Source: a virus. From it: a DNA stretch of 64,000 bases. Shown here piece after piece: positions 60,250-64,000 of the stretch. The translations under genes were made by a program, and so were the position numbers. The DNA is taken from positions 22,412-86,411 of the IMG/VR virus record IMGVR_UViG_3300008451_000399; one strand, 5' to 3'. Every line of letters begins with the position of its first letter. Within the stretch, counting starts at the first letter, position 1. The notes below the pieces were generated by a model, which worked only from the letters and a program-made list of their open reading frames with translations, was not told the origin of the DNA and ran no database searches.

Positions 60250-60763
60250 AGAATCTCAGTAGCAGCACACAACAAACGACAAATAAGGAAATATCATGAC
60301 TCAAGTTATCTCTAATAATTCTCTTGGTTTTATGGCTGTACAAAACAAATCAGGTGCTTGGTTTTGTCGCTGGGAGTATAACGATTTTTACGGTGTTAAG
60401 ATGTCTAAATGGACAGCAATAGAGTATATCAAGGTTTTTGCTGATTCTACGATATCAGTAAAGCCAATAGGTAAAGATTTGTTTTGCCAATGTGTTTTTG
60501 CTAGTAGCGATAAAGCCTACAGAGTACCGTCTACAGCTAGCTGCACATCCATCGAATATCCTCTAGATGGCTTATATATAGAAGACAAGTATAACGACTC
60601 AATAGGTGTTTTTGAGTGTGCTTATTTGTGGGTAGGTGGCGAGCTTATCAATAGTGGTGGCAATGCTTACGATCAACATGTTTGCTTTAGAGATATGGCA
60701 GCTAATGATGTTATAGCTTATATCAGTAAGCGATAGATGTGGCAGCATAATCTAGTAGTATTC

Positions 60764-60791
60764 AAAGAGCCTTCATAGGCTCTTTTCTTTT
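60764..60791 (+). terminator. rho-independent terminator ending the plus-strand block
   Basis: AAAGAGCCT-TCAT-AGGCTCTTT followed by TCTTTT. Confidence 0.85.
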
Positions 60792-61765
60792 ATGTGCAGC
60801 GTACCGAATAGAGCACTATATAGAGGCTTATACAGTGCTCTATACAGTAGTTTATACAGCACTCACAATACTACTGTATAAGTGTACAGTGTCTTATGTG
60901 TTTCTCGCAACCTTGTAAGCATACCACCCGACAAACAAACAAAGTTGTATATACAAGTGACAAATTCTGTCACATTCCAAAGTATTACCAATACCACAAC
61001 ACCTGCACCATTCGAGTGCATAACATAGCGAAATGCTAACAACTAGCACACGCATAGCACCATTCCATACGCTACCCTACCCAGTGACACACTCATAGCA
61101 GTACACTAGCACATCACACAATACCGTTTATAATGGCTATAGCATACCTACAAGGCACGTACTCATGCTGTCCTATACGTGTGCCTAGGTGTACTGTCCA
61201 ATGGGCTTGTAGAGCCTGTACCATGTGACATAAACATGTGATTAGTTCCTATTCATGCGGTTCTTCAAGGAGTGTAGATATTTTAACAACTGTTCCACGC
61301 TTGTTCCACGGGCTAGACGGGGCGTTAAACAACCCTTGCGCCTCTGCCCAATTTTGAAGATGCTTCCAACATCTCCCTCTCAGATATATTTCCAAATAGC
61401 TGAAATTGTTCTGCCAATAAATGTCACTCCATGAAAAATTTTTAGATAAAATTTGACGTTTGAAACACTCTTTGCAGATATTTTCTGTACAGAATAGCAT
61501 CAGAATTGATGCAGATAGCATTATAATGTGTCTCGAATACAACAATATTTTGAAGTTTTCGTTTTTATTGCTATTGGGGAAATTATCGGGGAATATAAAT
61601 AGGGATATTGCAGCCTTTTAATACAGTATAAGGAAGCAACAAAATGGGAATATTACTTGGGAATTAGACGTAAGAAAGCTCTCGAAACACTAAAATGGTG
61701 GTACTATACCATAATACTATTAAGAGAGCTTTTAAGGGTGATTTTGTAAGGATAAGACAGCTACA

Positions 61766-62350
61766 TCAATCAGTAATTTCTACAACATAATTGTTCAAGG
61801 CTTCAATCACTTTAGGATGAACAAGTCCTTCATATTCTTTTGCTAACTGTTTTGCTAAGGCTTCTTTGTAGGTTTTGTAGACAAGGAATGCTTCTTCTGG
61901 AGTGTTGTAGTGCCCTAGTGATTTTCTAATACTTCCTTCATTTACACGTGATGAAAACTTGTTCATTGATTTGTTGAAACTTACACCGATAGGGAATTCA
62001 CCCCTCGAAGTTACACTTTTAGGTAAGAAAGCATTGAGTCTAGCTGGAATAAAGAAACACGTACTTTCAGAATATTGCTTATTTCCCTTGAATACAATAT
62101 CCTTATCTAGTTGATACCCTTCTACACCAAACATTACCTGATTGTGGCACCACCTAGCAAAGAACTGAAAATTCTTAAAATTTTCAGAGACTGAACACCC
62201 AATGTAACTAGGATGCCTTAATTGACATTTGCTAGAATAGCATCTTTGCAGCATACCAATCCATAGTGCATATTCCTTAGTGTTAATTCTGTCTATGCTT
62301 GCAACGTAATTACCTTTCTCATACACACCGACTCCATGCACCAACTTCAT
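61766..62350 (-). CDS. HNH/AP2-type homing endonuclease (LDKD type)
   Basis: LVHGVG, W.GMLQRCY, YIGC.V.ENF.NFQ.FA.WC, LDKD...GNK.YS..TC.FIP; GGAGG RBS. Confidence 0.88.
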   Translation of the reverse strand: MKLVHGVGVYEKGNYVASIDRINTKEYALWIGMLQRCYSSKCQLRHPSYIGCSVSENFKNFQFFARWCHNQVMFGVEGYQLDKDIVFKGNKQYSESTCFFIPARLNAFLPKSVTSRGEFPIGVSFNKSMNKFSSRVNEGSIRKSLGHYNTPEEAFLVYKTYKEALAKQLAKEYEGLVHPKVIEALNNYVVEITD

Positions 62351-63982
62351 AATCCCTCCTTTAACTCTAAAATAACTCCTGCTGCAGCATATGCACTCCA
62401 CGTAGGATTGTTCTCCACAAAATACTTCATTGACGTATAGTGGCTGTTGAAAGTCTCAACCTCCACACCAGCCTTCCTAAGATATTTACGTAGAATCTTC
62501 GCAGAAACACCCTCATCTCGTGAAGGCATTCTCACTTTATACTTAGAAGCCAATCCTTCCCAATATCCCATATCAAGATAGCTTGTCTTGTACAAATGTT
62601 TGTTAGATTGAATATCTAGCTGTTTCTGCTTTCGTGCTTCTTGTGCCTTAGCTAAAGCTTCTGTACGTTGCTCTGCTGTCATGTTTGTTATGAATGTCAT
62701 ATCCCCTCCAATGCACTATCCAATGCTTCATAAAAATCACAACCACCATTGTAATACATCACTTCAAAGCTTATTGTGTCATCATCTAAGCGATGGGCTG
62801 ATGATACGCTGTATGGGTCTAGTTTTTCCTTTTCTACAAGGTACAGATTGTCTTTGTAAATGTGATAGTCTCCAAACTCTCTCAATCTTTCTAGAGCTTC
62901 TTCATAGTCGTCAGATTTACGAACCCATAAGTGATTACCAATCTGAACAAGTTCTGTATTTAGTTGATGCTTTAATAGCATAGAACCATGATATAGCTTT
63001 ATCAGTTTCCCTTTATAATGCACTGTTTCACTCATTCTCTATCCCCTTCCTTATATGTGATTTTCTTAATTGCTATAAACTGATAACCAAACTGCTGCTT
63101 CATAACTGCTGCCTCCAACTCCTCACGAGAATTATGTACTCCAATCATAACCTTAGCATCTTCACTCCAATGCTTATATCGGAATAGCTCCAACCACACT
63201 GTTTTTTCTTCTGGCTGTTCTATGAGGTCAAGAGGAGAATCATAACCTACATCGTGATTCCCATAACGAGTAAATGTCTCTGGTGTAGACCCCTCTACTA
63301 AAGCTACAACAGGGAAATTTGAACTACGAGCATCAAGACACAATAATCTCACATCACGTCCATCACGAGTTTTATATTTCTTGTCTATAGAAACAGCCTT
63401 TTTAGTTTCATCTGTACTCTTACTCATATTAATACCCCCTATCTGGATTACACGTATTTGCATTTTTCTTAACAGAAGCAATTGCTTCTCCGAACGTCTT
63501 TACATTCATATCTCGAATATCATATCCACCAGATGCAAGCCAGAAATTTCCGTCTAAGTCTCGATAACCAGTTTCAACATCTCGAATACCTGTCCCATAC
63601 CCTGTTTCACGATCTAATACAGTTATAGTTCCTAAGTTTGTGTGCAAAGCCCATTGATAATTTCCGTTAAGTCTACTACTCACTTCATGAAATAATGATG
63701 CATCAAAATCATCACTAATCTCTACTTCTTTGTAGCACTCTTTACCATAGTCATTAATATACTTCTCCATTAATATTCCTCCTCAATTCTATAAACATCT
63801 TTAACACAAAACAAATACCCATCACTCTTACGCTTTACAGTGTACTTGAAAGGGCTTGTATTGTCAATAGCTTGAACAATACATTCATGAGCATTTCCAT
63901 CCACTGTGTATGCTATTACAGCTTCTCCTTCGTAATGTGGCTCTACGTGTTCTACTTTATTGAGCATATACACAGAAAACAT
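62347..63982 (-). other. five small hypothetical ORFs
   Basis: Overlapping ORFs 62347-62700, 62697-63035, 63032-63481, 63429-63770, 63770-63982. Confidence 0.65.
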
Positions 63983-64000
63983 AATAAACCCAATAGACGC

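Larger units (their letters stand above)
57660..60736 (+). other. early-like cluster of about 13 small ORFs, including sub-60-aa ORFs 57660-57812, 58156-58302, 58393-58554, 59146-59304 and 59307-59459
   Basis: Head-to-tail ORFs with purine-rich RBSs, internal promoters and terminators. Confidence 0.65.

Noticed and set aside
61249-61545. 98-aa minus-strand ORF in the putative terminal region
   Set aside because: No RBS, non-ATG start and atypical composition
1-64000. CRISPR array, cas genes, reverse transcriptase, integrase/repressor, purZ
   Set aside because: None recognisable in the sequence or the ORF track

Overview
The window is an internal 64-kb segment of an AT-rich, apparently lytic tailed dsDNA phage. 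A long tape measure protein and an encoded lipoprotein suggest a siphovirus-type tail and a Gram-negative host. Layout: 1-15.5 kb (+) tail and lysis module; 15.5-54 kb (-) replication and nucleotide-metabolism arm (Acb2 anti-CBASS sponge, glutaredoxin, NrdA/B, MazG-like, metallophosphoesterase, exonuclease, SSB, two tRNAs, family-A DNA polymerase split by a 243-nt ORF-less group I intron, radical SAM pair, HD hydrolase, primase-helicase, ligase, ThyX, SleB-like hydrolase, small serine recombinase, several homing-type nucleases); 54.2-60.8 kb mostly (+) early-like block with sigma70 promoters and structured non-coding DNA; about 60.8-61.7 kb non-coding, possibly the genome terminus; then (-) small ORFs. 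Best leads: the group I intron with an adjacent free-standing HNH, a radical SAM (CX12CX2C) plus FETNSSS-motif protein pair, a Pro-rich peptide plus membrane protein pair ahead of the lysis genes, the serine recombinase with candidate inverted repeats, and a candidate ~250-nt structured RNA. All assignments come from motif recognition by eye; no searches or folding computations were run.
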